The notes: generated from the letters alone by a model not told the origin. A DNA stretch of 64,000 nucleotides from Octopus bimaculoides (GCF_001194135.2 NC_069000.1:33699201-33763200), one strand, 5' to 3'. Positions 12,226 through 25,935 are shown, counted from the stretch's first letter. Made by a program: numbers and translations.

Positions 12226-13946
12226 TAAGAGATGTCGTATAACACGTCAGATTCACGCTTGAAAACTGAACATTGAAATAGGAAAATTTTATAAGAAGAT
12301 TATCTCCATTAATTAAAGAGTACACTCCGAATGGATCAATAAAATAAAGAAATTGTTTCGAAAACTGCATTCACCAAACTTAAATGAAATTAACAGTGTT
12401 TCGGGTTTTAATAGGCTAAAACGTGTCTTTCACATTTTGCTACATTTTTCTTTGTTAGAAATACAAAATATTTGTATGAAAGGGAGGAGCACGATTGGGG
12501 ACTGCCATTCTTTAATTCTTGATATGTGTAAGTTGTCATCACACAGCTATATTATAAATAACTACAATCCATGAATGGTAGCTGAGTATATATAATAGAT
12601 GTATTGAATGGTATATGCTATGCAAAGTGTTTTGGTCTGAAATAATTTGCATAATATAAAAATAAAATAAGGGAAGTAAATCAACTAAGGCATTGGCATG
12701 AATTCAGGTAAATGACATACATGAAAACATTTTGTTTTTCAAGTACCTGAAAGGTCGCACTTGGCTGGAAGAAGAAAATAAAAACCTACAGTTAACTATT
12801 AGCAACTAACAAAGAAAAATAGGAGACACGTTTATTTGCAGACAAGGAGACAGTTATAGATCATTGGACGCTTGGTTTATACAGAAATAAATATATTTCC
12901 TTCTTTCGTTATGATAACGAAAGGTTATAGCGATGTAACATGGCAAGATGAAAGATCATGAATAGTGGTAAGATGAGAAGGAAAGTGGTTTGCCAAAGTA
13001 ACGTTTGTATAGCAATATGAAGATCGCACAGGAGGTCTGGTGAGACAAAAGACCATGACAAGTAATGTGGCAAAACAATGAGCTGCAGTGGGTGACATTA
13101 TGCAAAGTATTTGGTGATAGAAAGGGCAACCAATCATTAAAAACATACTAAAAAACAGAACGTATAATATTTTTTCTTCAGTCACATTTTCCTGGACAAA
13201 CACATTAGAGTAATGAGGACTCTTTAAACTTAAGGATTCAAGGCAACCTCACACCTGTCGAAGCCATAATAAAACCTTGTCAGTTTACTCTGTAAAGTCG
13301 TTAGTAAACAAGCTGAGGATGTGCTGGTACCATGATAAAATGTGCCCTGTAGTCTCTGTATTGTAATTATTAGAAAAAGGTATCTAGTAGTAGAAACCAA
13401 GCCCAAATCATTTAGGAGGATAGTATCTCTAAACATGGACTGATTTAGATTGTGACGACTCATCCAAACCTTGCCAGCATGAAAAGCAAAGATAAAAGAA
13501 TAATGATTTAAAGACAACGTTTCAAATATATTCTAATAGTGGTGTGATTGCAGAGGAATGTCTACAATCATGAATCAAACCAGTGTGTTAGTTTGTGAAG
13601 TACATGTCTTGCCCAACGATACTTACCTATAATGAGATTTTGTGGCATTCATCATGATTGCAAGTAATGGGTGAGAAATACTGTTACAATCAAGAATCAA
13701 AATCAAGAAACAAATTAAGTTTGTGAGTAGCTTTATTTCATTCTATATTTTGAACCAATAGTCATACACCGATCATCATAAAGAAACTCATCAAGATCTA
13801 TAAAATGAATTCTTTAGTATTATAGTTTCCTATTTATATTTAGACTACCAATATATTCGTTTGATACACTTTTATTAGATTTCTAAAGTATCTTTTATTC
13901 CAAAAATGACATTTCTAGACATAAATTACATTACAAGATGTTCCAT

Positions 13947-14075
13947 CTAAAAAGGTTCCAAGGGGGAATCAAGCGTCACATGATCTTTTACAGCAACCAC
14001 TTGCAAGGGTAGAGGGGGAAGATAAGGCAGTTGATAGATCATTATATGAATACATATTTCTGTTCCAACCTGAAT
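13947..14075 (-). CDS. Stefin B exon 3
   Basis: ttttattttacag acceptor, ends EPF*. Confidence 0.9.
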   Translation of the reverse strand: MQVGTEICIHIMIYQLPYLPPLPLQVVAVKDHVTLDSPLEPF

Positions 14076-14316
14076 CTGTAAAATAAAAGTAAACACTTGA
14101 AATAATTATCTAAGATNNNNNNNNNNNNNNNNNNNNNNNNNNNNNNNNNNNNNNNNNNNNNNNNNNNNNNNNNNNNNNNNNNNNNNNNNNNNNNNNNNNN
14201 NNNNNNNNNNNNNNNNNNNNNNNNNNNNNNNNNNNNNNNNNNNNNNNNNNNNNNNNNNNNNNNNNNNNNNNNNNNNNNNNNNNNNNNNNNNNNNNNNNNN
14301 NNNNNNNNNNNNNNNN

Positions 14317-14377
<61 letters not shown>

Positions 14378-16886
14378 CGTGTGTGTTCAGTACTTTCCGT
14401 ATGTGCTATCTATTATGGTCTTGGTCCAACCAAAGTCTTGTGAGTGGATTTAGCAGACGAAAACTATGTACAGGCACGGCTATGTGGTTTGCTTCAGAAC
14501 CACCAGTATTTGAGTCCCGACCCATGCATGGAAATTTGGCGAAATGCTTTCCACTATAACCACAGGATCATGAAGCCACTATAGCCAGAGAATCATTGTA
14601 AGTGAGCCTGGTTCATGGAAACTGAAAGAAACCTATCGGATGTAGGAGAGTTTTGTGCATGTACGTATGCGTGCGCACATGTTTATGTGCGTGTGTGTGT
14701 ATGTGCGTGCTTTTGTGTGTGTGTGTTTACATACCGGAAATTGCGTGGTACAATTAGTAACCCTCAGTTCATTTCTGTCAAAAAGCATCCTCTGGATTGA
14801 AACATGCATGTAAGTATGTATCTTTGTATGTATGTACGTATGCATTCCTACATATGTACTATGTATGTGTGTGTATATAATATATATAAGTACATTTAAC
14901 AAAAATTCTATCAAATGACGTGTGTATAAACAAATGTATTGAAACAAATACGGAAACCAATCACAGTTTAATTATCAAGAGCTTCTAAATATACAATGTT
15001 TTGGGTGTTCTTTAATTGGTGTATACATGAAAAGACTTGGGGACTTCTAGCTCGCGAACATCCTACATATAATTTCCCATGAGTGAAGCAAGATTGAGAT
15101 GTGCTTATTGACATAGCGAAACTAAGTTTCACTGAGAAATGGAATCGTTTAAATTCAAGGGGAAGGTCATATGGGATTAACGGGATCCGTGGAATGAAGA
15201 CATCCTCACCCTTATAGATCCCAGTCATTATTGTTGCCTCTAGGACTTGGGGTAGCATTGCTTTCACCACCAGTCTGGTAGCATTGCACAGACAAGGCGA
15301 CTCCAGATTCCTGAGCAGCATGATTGGGGCCCCATTTTTATGTGTTAACTTGTGAGGTAGCATCCCAAACTCAGTTGGAAAAACTATACCCTGGTCCTGA
15401 TCAATGACAGTGTCGAGGAAACTGAAAGACTGTTCTTGTCCGGGCTACAGCTGCAAGAGATATCAGTGATTTTGTTTACAGCATCATTACGTGGAGCTAA
15501 GATGGCTCGCTCACAGAGCCATTAGCTGTTTGTAAAGTTTTGTGCAATGTTTGGGAGCACATGCATTATGAGATCATTGGCAGTTGGTACCATCTCACCG
15601 CAGGCTTTCTGCCCCCCACCCCCACCCCGAATTTGGATATTTCTTAATGAAATTTTCTACGATGTTTTATGTCATGCAGATTCCGAATATACAAAATTTA
15701 GGGAGAATAAGTGTTTTAGGAGGGGGTGAGGAGGATTTCCGGAAAATTCACCGGAGACCACTTCAATTCGTCTTAACTTTCAGGAGAATGGATATTTTTT
15801 TAATGAAATTGTCTACAAATATACCTCGGACTATGCTCACTTTATATTTATAGAATGTAGCATTAAGAAAGTCATCCATATCTATAAACCCTTAAAATTA
15901 CTCAAACAATTGTAATGCCATTTGCAATGCTAGTCCTTTAATTACAGGTTACTTTGCTAAGGACTTTTAATGAATTGCAGAAAACTGAGACCAATTGAAT
16001 CCATCTTCTTTGTTTGTGCTGCAGACCTACAGTCAGATTTCTGAGAATGGAACTGACAGACTGCAAAATAAATGCTCTATAACCAACACCTACATGACAG
16101 GAAGATTTGATGGCTGCCAAAGTCTTGATAGAAAACAGTTGCCCTAAGTGTTGCCCAGTGGAACTAAACCGAAAGTCAGGTGTTTGGGAAGAAAGCATCT
16201 TAACCACAGAGCCGGACGGACAGACAAACGGAGGAATGGATGGATGAAAAACCAGATGTAAAATGAATGAAGAAAAGACTGTTAAGGCTGCAAAAGTAAA
16301 AATTAAAATAAGACAAGTCAACCAAATATAAATAATTATGGAATAAATATATAACATACATAACAACAATTACCTTTACCAAATATTGTACTCCATTTAC
16401 TATCTCGCATCTGTACAGCTTAGTTTCAAATTTTTCAAAGTTTCTCTTTACTTTGTCTTCAATTTGCTGCTTTACCTGAAAGCAAATGGTAATATTTACA
16501 ATTTTATGCTTTCTCATTGATGTATCTATACGAACAGGTGACAACGTTTCCCTAAAAGAAATGGAAAAACTTTCAAAATACAAAGACCTGGAAATAGAGG
16601 TAACTCGAATGTGGAATCTAAAAACGGAAACAATTCCTATCATAGTAGGCGCATTAGGTATGATAAAAAAAATATTGAGACAAATACATAACAAAAACAC
16701 CAGGACTTACAAATATATACAACATACAGAAAATTGCACTACTGGACACTGCACACATCCTACGCAAAACACTTTCAATACAGTAACCATAAGAGCACCA
16801 CAGCAAACCACAGCACATACCCAAGGCGCACAGAGCTGCGCTCGGTAGTGAAGTGAAAGCACGTTATAAAAATAAAACTACTGAAC

Positions 16887-16929
<43 letters not shown>

Positions 16930-17741
16930 NNNNNNNNNNNNNNNNNNNNNNNNNNNNNNNNNNNNNNNNNNNNNNNNNNNNNNNNNNNNNNNNNNNNNNN
17001 NNNNNNNNNNNNNNNNNNNNNNNNNNNNNNNNNNNNNNNNNNNNNNNNNNNNNNNNNNNNNNNNNNNNNNNNNNNNNNNNNNNNNNNNNNNNNNNNNNNN
17101 NNNNNNNNNNNNNNNNNNNNNNNNNNNNNNNNNNNNNNNNNNNNNNNNNNNNNNNNNNNNNNNNNNNNNNNNNNNNNNNNNNNNNNNNNNNNNNNNNNNN
17201 NNNNNNNNNNNNNNNNNNNNNNNNNNNNNNNNNNNNNNNNNNNNNNNNNNNNNNNNNNNNNNNNNNNNNNNNNNNNNNNNNNNNNNNNNNNNNNNNNNNN
17301 NNNNNNNNNNNNNNNNNNNNNNNNNNNNNNNNNNNNNNNNNNNNNNNNNNNNNNNNNNNNNNNNNNNNNNNNNNNNNNNNNNNNNNNNNNNNNNNNNNNN
17401 NNNNNNNNNNNNNNNNNNNNNNNNNNNNNNNNNNNNNNNNNNCCTGGAAATAGAGATAACTCGAATGTGGAATCTAAAAGCAGAAACAATTCCTATCATA
17501 GTAGGTGCCTTAGGTATAATAAAAAAATATTCAGACAAATACATAACAAAAACACCAGGACTTACAAATATATATAACATACAGAAAATTGCACTACTGG
17601 GTACTGCACACATCCTACGCAAAACACTTTCAATACAGTAACCATAAGAGCACCACAGCAAACCACAGCACATACCCAAGGCGCACAGAGCTGCGCTCGG
17701 TAGTGAAGTGAAAGCACGTTATAAAAATAAAACTACTGAAC

Positions 17742-17787
<46 letters not shown>

Positions 17788-19082
17788 TCTTTTATTGGCC
17801 ACAAGGGCCGAACACAAAATAAATAGGGACAATACAATACAAGGGACAAGTGGGGGTGTTGAACAATGTCTCTATACAGCAAGTAACAAAAAGAAAATAA
17901 CAAAACAATTTAACAATAAAAATTCCCCAAAAGGGGGAGTTCTTCACAGGGACAACAGTAGAACCCCACATAACTTGGTTATTCCGACCGCCACGAAAGT
18001 TCATTCCCGCAGGCCATCCTTGCCAAATACACCCACCTCTCAGCAAACTTACTCGGGCCGGAACTTCTCTTTCTACCCTCACTTTCCTTTTCAAGTAAAA
18101 CTTGAAAAGTCGATGAGGGCTTGGCCGAAGGGGTAAGTATCCGTCTTCAAACCTTTCGTCTCGTTTACCATACTTTAGTAGAAAGTGGGTTATACATCTT
18201 TAGATTGTATACCTGACTTTCTACTATAAAATTGAAGAAATAGACGGAACGCTGAACTCCAGACTAAACAACTCAAACAACATTTATTTAGGTGATAAAC
18301 ATACATATCTTTTAGTTATACATCTTTAGAGGTGAGAATAACGAGCTGTCAAGTATAAGACCGAAAGATATAGGGACAGCTTTTAAACACACGTCCATGC
18401 TCAATCGCTGGCCAGCGAGAAAGAGAATGAATTGAGCGGGAGACGCTTGCTTGTTTAATTTTACGCATGCGTAAGACTATGCATGCGCAGGCGTTACTAC
18501 AATACTATCTCCTTCGCCATATCCACCAGTCAGAGGAAAATTGCCTTTCCTTCCCGGTCAAAGGAAGGCGGAGAGGCGATAATAGGATCCGTCCTACACG
18601 CGATAATAGCTGTTCGACAAAGCTCCACTAGTCAGTAATACACGGACACTGAACGAGTGCATGCAAGACAGTTTCATCATCCTGCGCACACCTCAGACAT
18701 TCCCTTCATCAAATTGACATTGCCCCTCCAGGTGCATAGTATGCCAATGTTAGACGTTAACGTGATCGCAGATCAACGTGAAATGAAGTGTCTTGCTCAA
18801 GAATACAACGCATCGTTCAGTCCACAATCTCACTAAATCGGAATAAAACAGAAATAAAGAGAACAAAAACACAACAAAATGTTTTCTTTCTTTTAAAAGA
18901 CGGAGTGGTCATATATGGCCTATCAATGCAAACCTAGGAAAATTAAACATGACTATTTACGATGAAATATAATTAATGAAAATAAAATTTTAAAAAGATC
19001 TCACCTTGTCGCACATGATTTGAATTTCATCGGTAGCAACTTTTGGAAGTGTCCATCCACCATGTATTATGTTTTCTACCAT
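13947..19082 (-). CDS. Stefin (type-1 cystatin) paralogue B, complete, 102 aa: complement(join(13947..14075,16374..16475,19005..19082)). MVENIIHGGWTLPKVATDEIQIMCDK|VKQQIEDKVKRNFEKFETKLYRCEIVNGVQYLVK|IQVGTEICIHIMIYQLPYLPPLPLQVVAVKDHVTLDSPLEPF*
   Basis: ATG, GT-AG phase-0 introns (gtgaga/tttcag; gtaatt/ttacag), open frame, stop and downstream AATAAA; N-terminal GG, K-x-AT-x-E, xxVxG loop, LP; no signal peptide. Confidence 0.9.
14968..15545 (-). mobile_element. Helitron PIF1-type helicase C-terminal fragment in stefin B intron 2
   Basis: GAPIMLLRNL...LCNATRLVV...IPRIPLIP...FKRFHFSVKLSFAMSI...HGKLYVGCSR. Confidence 0.9.
16374..16475 (-). CDS. Stefin B exon 2
   Basis: 102 bp, cag/gtaatt. Confidence 0.9.
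16515..16930 (+). mobile_element. R4/Dong-like (restriction-like endonuclease) retrotransposon 3' end with (AAT)n tail
   Basis: EKLSKYKDLEIEVTRMWNLKTETIPIIVGALG; (AAT)n tail. Confidence 0.85.
17443..17785 (+). mobile_element. Second R4/Dong-like 3' end with (AAT)n tail
   Basis: Near-identical to 16590-16930 but with substitutions. Confidence 0.85.
17790..18140 (-). mobile_element. Tx1/L1-like LINE 3' end
   Basis: KRKVRVEREV... C-terminal segment, 3'UTR and AATAAA abutting the (AAT)n tract. Confidence 0.5.
19005..19082 (-). CDS. Stefin B exon 1 (coding part)
   Basis: MVENIIHGGWTLPKVATDEIQIMCDK|gtgaga. Confidence 0.9.
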
Positions 19083-19270
19083 GATAAATCAGGAAAAGAG
19101 TCAGCAGATTCACTGATTAACAAGGAAGTAGCCTCAAGCCTGTTAGTGTAGTTCTCTATAAACTAGTGCGCAACGGCAGAGAAAAGTAACAAAAGGAAAA
19201 ACCTACGGAAGCCGCTACAGGTAGAAATACGATATTTTCACCTTCAATGACTTTCCCGGTTCATTTATGA
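19083..19270 (-). promoter_or_regulatory. Stefin B 5'UTR/proximal promoter (TATA-like TTTATAGA at ~19154-19163)
   Basis: Block conserved with 58923-59120 (gene D) and 29560-29709 (gene C). Confidence 0.55.
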
Positions 19271-20739
19271 TTTATTCTTTTATTCTCTTACTTCCTGCTG
19301 TAATTGAACTACGATTGTGCCTTGTCGGGTTTCGTCGATCAAATGGATCCCATATATATTTTTTCAGCCTAGTACTTAATTTATCAGTTCTTTAACTGAA
19401 GCACTGTTTCAGAATGCAAGAAACCAATACAGGTTGTGAACAGGTGTGGGGAGAAACAAAAAGACAGCAACACATACGCGCATACATAGATTTTAGACAA
19501 ATGGATAGGTATAGGTATACGAAGGGCTTTCCATCAGTTTCTGTCTGCCAAATTCACTCACAAGGTATTGATTGACCCAGGGCTATACAAGAAGACACTT
19601 GCTCAAAATGTCGCATAATGGGATTGAACTGGAAACCACTTGGTTGCGAAAGGAACTTCCAATCTTTATTTCACCACCAACCTACCCACCCATTATTGCA
19701 CTTAATGAACACACCGTATGGTTCAGACCGGTAATTCCTAGTGATAAAGATTTGAATAAAACATTTTACAAAATTTGACTCTTCGATTCAGTTTACAATT
19801 GTATGCATGTGTAATTTATATCTCTTTTACTCTTTTACTTGTTTCAGTCATTTGACTGCGGCCATGCTGGAGCACCGCCTTTAGTCGAGCAAATCGACCT
19901 CGGGACTTTTTCTTTGTAAGCCTAGTACTTATTCTATCGGTCTCTTTTTGCCTAACCGCTAAATGACGGGGACATAAACACACCAGCGTCGGTTGTCAAG
20001 CAATGCTGGGAGGACAANNNNNNNNNNNNNNNNNNNNNNNNNNNNNNNNNNNNNNNNNNNNNNNNNNNNNNNNNNNNNNNNNNNNNNNNNNNNNNNNNNN
20101 NNNNNNNNNNNNNNNNNNNNNNNNNNNNNNNNNNNNNNNNNNNNNNNNNNNNNNNNNNNNNNNNNNNNNNNNNNNNNNNNNNNNNNNNNNNNNNNNNNNN
20201 NNNNNNNNNNNNNNNNNNNNNNNNNNNNNNNNNNNNNNNNNNNNNNNNNNNNNNNNNNNNNNNNNNNNNNNNNNNNNNNNNNNNNNNNNNNNNNNNNNNN
20301 NNNNNNNNNNNNNNNNNNNNNNNNNNNNNNNNNNNNNNNNNNNNNNNNNNNNNNNNNNNNNNNNNNNNNNNNNNNNNNNNNNNNNNNNNNNNNNNNNNNN
20401 NNNNNNNNNNNNNNNNNNNNNNNNNNNNNNNNNNNNNNNNNNNNNNNNNNNNNNNNNNNNNNNNNNNNNNNNNNNNNNNNNNNNNNNNNNNNNNNNNNNN
20501 NNNNNNNNNNNNNNNNNNNNNNNNNNNNNNNNNNNNNNNNNNNNNNNNNNNNNNNNNNNNNNNNNNNNNNNNNNNNNNNNNNNNNNNNNNNNNNNNNNNN
20601 NNNNNNNNNNNNNNNNNNNNNNNNNNNNNNNNNNNNNNNNNNNNNNNNNNNNNNNNNNNNNNCAATATGAACCAAAATTAATAAAGTTTAAAATTATAGT
20701 ATGTAACAATACAAGTCAATACATATTATTTTAGATTGA

Positions 20740-21101
20740 TACTAACAGAGATACCCGGCGTTGCCCGTGTTACAAGCAATTGAAGAATTAGACTTTTCTG
20801 TTATAATTTCTCTAATGAACTGGAATAACTATGATTCGATTTTCATCAAAATTGCAGATGAGGGTTCTTTCTCTCTTTACACACCCTAAAAAATTCTAAT
20901 CATGACACATGCATCCCATACTACTGATCTTTATGCGCAGATTCCAAAATTCCAGTTTTATGGAACCTGTTAAAAGGATTTTGCTCCTGAAAAATGGAGG
21001 TCATGGAGAAGATACATGCCAAGTCACCACACAGTGGTACTGAACCCTGGACCATGTGTTTTGGAAGCAAGTTTCTTACCACACAGCCACACCTGCACTT
21101 A

Positions 21102-21197
<96 letters not shown>

Positions 21198-22070
21198 GGT
21201 GGATATATGTATGCATGTATATATGTATATATGTATATATATATATATGTGTGTACATATTACATCTACATCTATATATATACGTCTACACATATACATG
21301 TATACATATACATCTANNNNNNNNNNTGACTGGTAGCACTTGCATGTGCAAGTTGTTTGCAAGACACATATATATGTATGTATATATATATGTAAATTGT
21401 AAATCCAAAAAATAACAACAAAACTACAAAGGATTCCGCGGTACACGTGTTTCAAGCTTTACATGTGTATAATATAATATAATATAACATGATATAATAT
21501 GTGTATAATTTACAATATTATATTATGTTATATTATATTATATTATGCACATGTAAAGCTTGAAACACGTGTACCGCGGAATCCTTTGTAGTTTTGTTGT
21601 TATTTTTGGGATTTACAATTTATTCTTTCACCGCAACCACTAGCTGTAATACACAGGTGCTTACAATTGTTAAGTATTACCTCTAAATTTCAATTTACCT
21701 ACGTATATATATATATGTATGTATGCCTGTATATATGTGAGATAATAGTTTCGCTTTAATAGTTTCTGTATTAAAGTGAAACTATTAAAGTGAAAATATC
21801 TGACATTACAATAGAGAGATGTTATTGTTTCATTTTTGACACGTAATGCTGAAATAGTGGAGGACATATGATAGTGCTCTGGGCTCGCAGGAGGCAAGAA
21901 GTTAAAATTTTTGGGGCCTATGACACTACATGGACCCTAAGTAAGGCATGTGTAAAATTTGAATGAAATCGGTTGTGTAGTTCTCAAGTTTTAGGGATTC
22001 ACACAAACAGACGGACAGACAGACAGATAGACAGACAGACAAACATTCTCATCTTTACATATATATATAT
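20740..22070 (+). mobile_element. Non-autonomous Helitron/Helentron-like (Lep1/DINE-1-type) element with nested repeats
   Basis: ACTAACAGAGATACCCGGCGTTGCCCG-type start; AAATTTGAATGAAATCGGTTG...(ACAG)n end. Family assignment is from recall only. Confidence 0.4.
21393..21622. repeat. 230-bp near-perfect palindrome (MITE/foldback-like)
   Basis: Arms ~21393-21500 and ~21515-21622 are reverse complements with a handful of mismatches; TA at both ends. Confidence 0.9.
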
Positions 22071-22422
22071 ATGAATAACACTTAATCCAATTAAGAATAA
22101 ATCATAATTACGTTCAATACTTGATTGGCTCCAAGAATGCAGAAATTACTTGCTAATTTGTTTCTGCCTTCATTTTCTACCCACGTATTTTTTTTTTTTT
22201 TTTTTTTTTACAATATTTGTAATTTATTAGTAAGAACATCACTTCAAGATGAGAATAGCGCTTTCCAAGTGAGCACATATCACTTCGAAATGAGATTTCA
22301 AAGCATATTTCACTTTAAACAAAACTTAAATTAATTCAACTCTTAAATGAGTCAATAGAAAAGTCTTTTCTGACACTTTTCTCTCCAGAATTTTTATAGG
22401 TGTATGAAACATTTGATTTCTA

Positions 22423-22635
22423 AGGTGGCGAGCTGGCAGAAACGTTAGCACGCCGGGCGAAATGCTTAGCAGTATTTCGTCTGTCTTTACGTTCTAAGTT
22501 CAAATTCCGCCGAGGTCGACTTTTCCTTTCATCCTTTCGGGGTCGACAAATTAAGTACCAGTTACGTATTGGGGTCGACCTAATCGACTGTCCCCTCCCC
22601 CAAAATTTCGGGTCTTGTGCCTAGAGTAGAAAAAA
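22423..22635 (+). mobile_element. tRNA-derived SINE (GGCGAGCTGGCAGAAACGTTAGCACGCCGGGCGAAATGCTTAG...). Related pieces at ~25330-25480(+), 50800-50960(-), 58330-58600(-)
   Basis: GTTCAAATTCC B-box-like motif; multiple copies. Confidence 0.8.
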
Positions 22636-25600
22636 ATATATGTACAGTTGTTTTGTATTCACAATATCAAATGAATTGCATATGGAACACATATACATTG
22701 CATATTCTCTCTACAATATAAAATAATTAAATTTATCAAATTTAGATCCATTTTTATGTAATCCAGTAAATTTTTAAGATGTGCAAACAAAACAAAATGT
22801 AAAACGGCTGTTTTTAAGTCACGGGAAAGCAGTAATGCAATGAACAATTTCACCTGTATTGATTCCTATAGAATTAGATGTGGATGAATGTCTGATGTCT
22901 GGCCTCGTTGCCTGGTTAATGAAAACTTACAATTAACGAAGTTAGTTCACGTTGTTGACATTACAAAAGATGTTATGATGTTTTGATATTATGATGTTAT
23001 GATGTTTTGTTACAGCTACCCAGCGCGCGTCACCGAAAGCAGAGTTTGTAATCACTCGTCTACGTCTGTTTGTGTGTTTGCAAAATTACTGGAAAACGGC
23101 TGAACGAACTTTTACTAAATTCGGCAGAAATATTCATTGGGTGAGTGACTCGAAATAATGAAAATTCGGTTTGATTATCTTCAAACATATATAAGTACAT
23201 ACATGCTTCTTTTAGTTACTAATTAATGATTGAATACTAAATCAAATTTACAATTATAATTCTTATAATTGATTAACTTTTTAGTTTGAATGACTGTTTA
23301 ATTGACTAATATAGTAATGGTTTATATCTTGCATTTAGGTAGTTTGAATCATTATTTAGCATTTCCATCACAGCAACCTGCGTTTTTTGATAGCTACAAT
23401 GAAAAAAGTTTGCAGATTCACCAGTCACCGATTTTTTTTTTTTTTTTTTTTGCATGATCCAACAAACTAATCCTTATTTACAACTTATTTAATATGTTGG
23501 CAATCTAACACTGCTTAATGTCCAGCATCAAGCTGTAAACACACACCACCTTTCTAGCATAAATCTATTTCTATTAATTTATTCTAATAATTATCTCTAC
23601 AAAGGTCGTTCTCTACAAAGGTAGTGCCCTGCCATGAGAGTATGTCTCCACGTTTGCTCATTTTCTAATCTTAGTTACAATTCATTTTTTAATTGTTTAG
23701 ATTAATACTTGTTCTTATTTTAATTCAATCATCAAACATGAAAAATATTTCAAAAATTATTTAACCAAAGTATTAAATAAAATGAAAAATTTTTAATCAA
23801 ATAAAATTATAATTTATTAATTGTCACTATTTATTAGTTTAATTGCATTTCCTGGTAAAAAGTGGATTACAATTAAAAATACGGACATATGGAGGTTAAT
23901 ATTCTTAAGTTATTAAACCTGAAAAAGTGCAGGAGAAGTATATTCATACTTGAAATATTGTAGCTATAATTGAAATTTTAAAATATATTTAGATTTTAAA
24001 ACTAAAATTAATAGCTTTTATTAGCTACTCTATAATAAAAAAATTAACTCAATAATTTAAGGCTAAATGTTAGCAAAACATAAAACATTTTTCAATAGCC
24101 CCATTAAAACTGTTTTCTCAATTACAAGTTTTTAAATACCCCCATACCTGTATGGAGTTGGGTTTACTGAGGAATTTACCTCTCCCGACATTTCATACCA
24201 TAAGGGCTATGCAGCCCCTCACCAAGAAGTATCTTTTTATATGGTATACTCCCCACCCCAAGTAAAAATTTAATTAGGAAGAGAATCCCCTTCTCCGGGA
24301 AATATCACTGTACCCTCCTCTAAGCCTCAACCTACTATAAAGGTATCAACTGAACTTTCCTTTTTTATATTTCCAATTTTCTCCTAGATAAGTGCAGAAT
24401 GTCTCTAAATATATGAGGAGGTTCTTCGAACATTAGGTTACTACATGTAGGGCTAAATATGTATAACCTACATATGGTAACCTATATGTGTGTGAGTGTG
24501 TGTATCTCTATGTGTCGACCTCGACGGAATTTGAACTCAGAACGTAGAAATAATGGTATCTATATAGCGAAACATAATTGCTGAGTTGTAACAAGAGAGT
24601 AGAAAAAAAGGAAGAAAAGAAGGAGGCGTGCAGAAGGCTGTGCAGAAAGTCTCGACACACTTTCTAACTTCTTTATTTCTNNNNNNNNNNNNNNNNNNNN
24701 NNNNNNNNNNNNNNNNNNNNNNNNNNNNNNNNNNNNNNNNNNNNNNNNNNNNNNNNNNNNNNNNNNNNNNNNNNNNNNNNNNNNNNNNNNNNNNNNNNNN
24801 NNNNNNNNNNNNNNNNNNNNNNNNNNNNNNNNNNNNNNNNNNNNNNNNNNNNNNNNNNNNNNNNNNNNNNNNNNNNNNNNNNNNNNNNNNNNNNNNNNNN
24901 NNNNNNNNNNNNNNNNNNNNNNNNNNNNNNNNNNNNNNNNNNNGAAAAGGGTGTGTTTGTGTGCATGTGTGTGTATGTGTAGTTTGTGTAAATGTGGGGG
25001 GGGGGGCGTTTGTGCCTTTGTGTAGATTAAAAGACTGAAGAGGTAAACAACTGATATAGGCTTCCGAGATTATGACATTTATATACTGAAAAAAGATTGG
25101 TGAATTGTTACAATGGAGTAATTCATAAGAAATAAGGAAGTATAAATGTGTGCAGAGACTTTTTGCACGCCTTTCTGCACACCTGCATTCTGTTAAGAAA
25201 TAAAGAAGTGAGAAAATGTGCGGAGACTTTCTGCACAGCCTTCTGCACGCCTACTTCATTTCTTCCTTTTTTTCTACTCTCTTGTTACAGCTCAGTAATT
25301 ATGTTTCACTATATACATACCATTATTTCTACGTTCTGAGTTCAAATTCCGCCGAGGTCGACGTTTCCTTTCCTCCTTTCGGGGTCCATAAATTAAGTAC
25401 TAGTTGCGTACTGGGATCCATCTAATCGACTGGCCCTCAACCCAAAATGTTCGGGCCTTGTGCCTAGAGTAGAAAAGAATATAGAAAGAGTATAATCAAA
25501 ATCAATACTAGTTGTTTCTCTATTCATACATTCATTCTCCCGTTCTTGGATTAGCTCAATAACAACCGCCTACATCCATTTATTGTTAGGCAACTATAAC

Positions 25601-25728
25601 ATCACAACTTTTTGTTAATCGTAGTTCAAGTTGATGTTTTTAAGGGTGAGTCAAATTGAGCAATCGTTGTATTTCCCTATTACATTACGTCATTCGACTG
25701 AATCCTAACAGAACTCCAAACTTTCTCG

Positions 25729-25759
<31 letters not shown>

Positions 25760-25775
<16 letters not shown>

Positions 25776-25935
25776 TGGGAGAATTTACGAAAAAAACAAC
25801 AGACGAGGACAGGTGATGTAAACAACAAAAGGATGTATTAGTTTAACGCTCGGGAATAGAGAAAGTCTTTAACGTTTCGAGCTACACTCTTCAACAGAAA
25901 GAAATAAGGCAAAAAACAAGGAGAAAAAAACTTTA
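25760..25935 (-). mobile_element. Probable Penelope-type terminal repeat fragment containing a degenerate hammerhead-like motif (25866-25902)
   Basis: Minus strand TCTTT-CTGTTGA-A-GAG-TGTAG-CTC-GAAACGTT-AAAGA. Confidence 0.45.

Noticed and set aside
12757-12774. 18-nt microexon candidate (ttcttccag|CCAAGTGCGACCTTTCAG|gtactt) on minus
   Set aside because: The homologous site in unit C (~45430-45450) has lost the GT; no frame context.
14968-15363. Host PIF1 helicase gene
   Set aside because: Isolated intronless C-terminal fragment with deletions; Helitron remnant.
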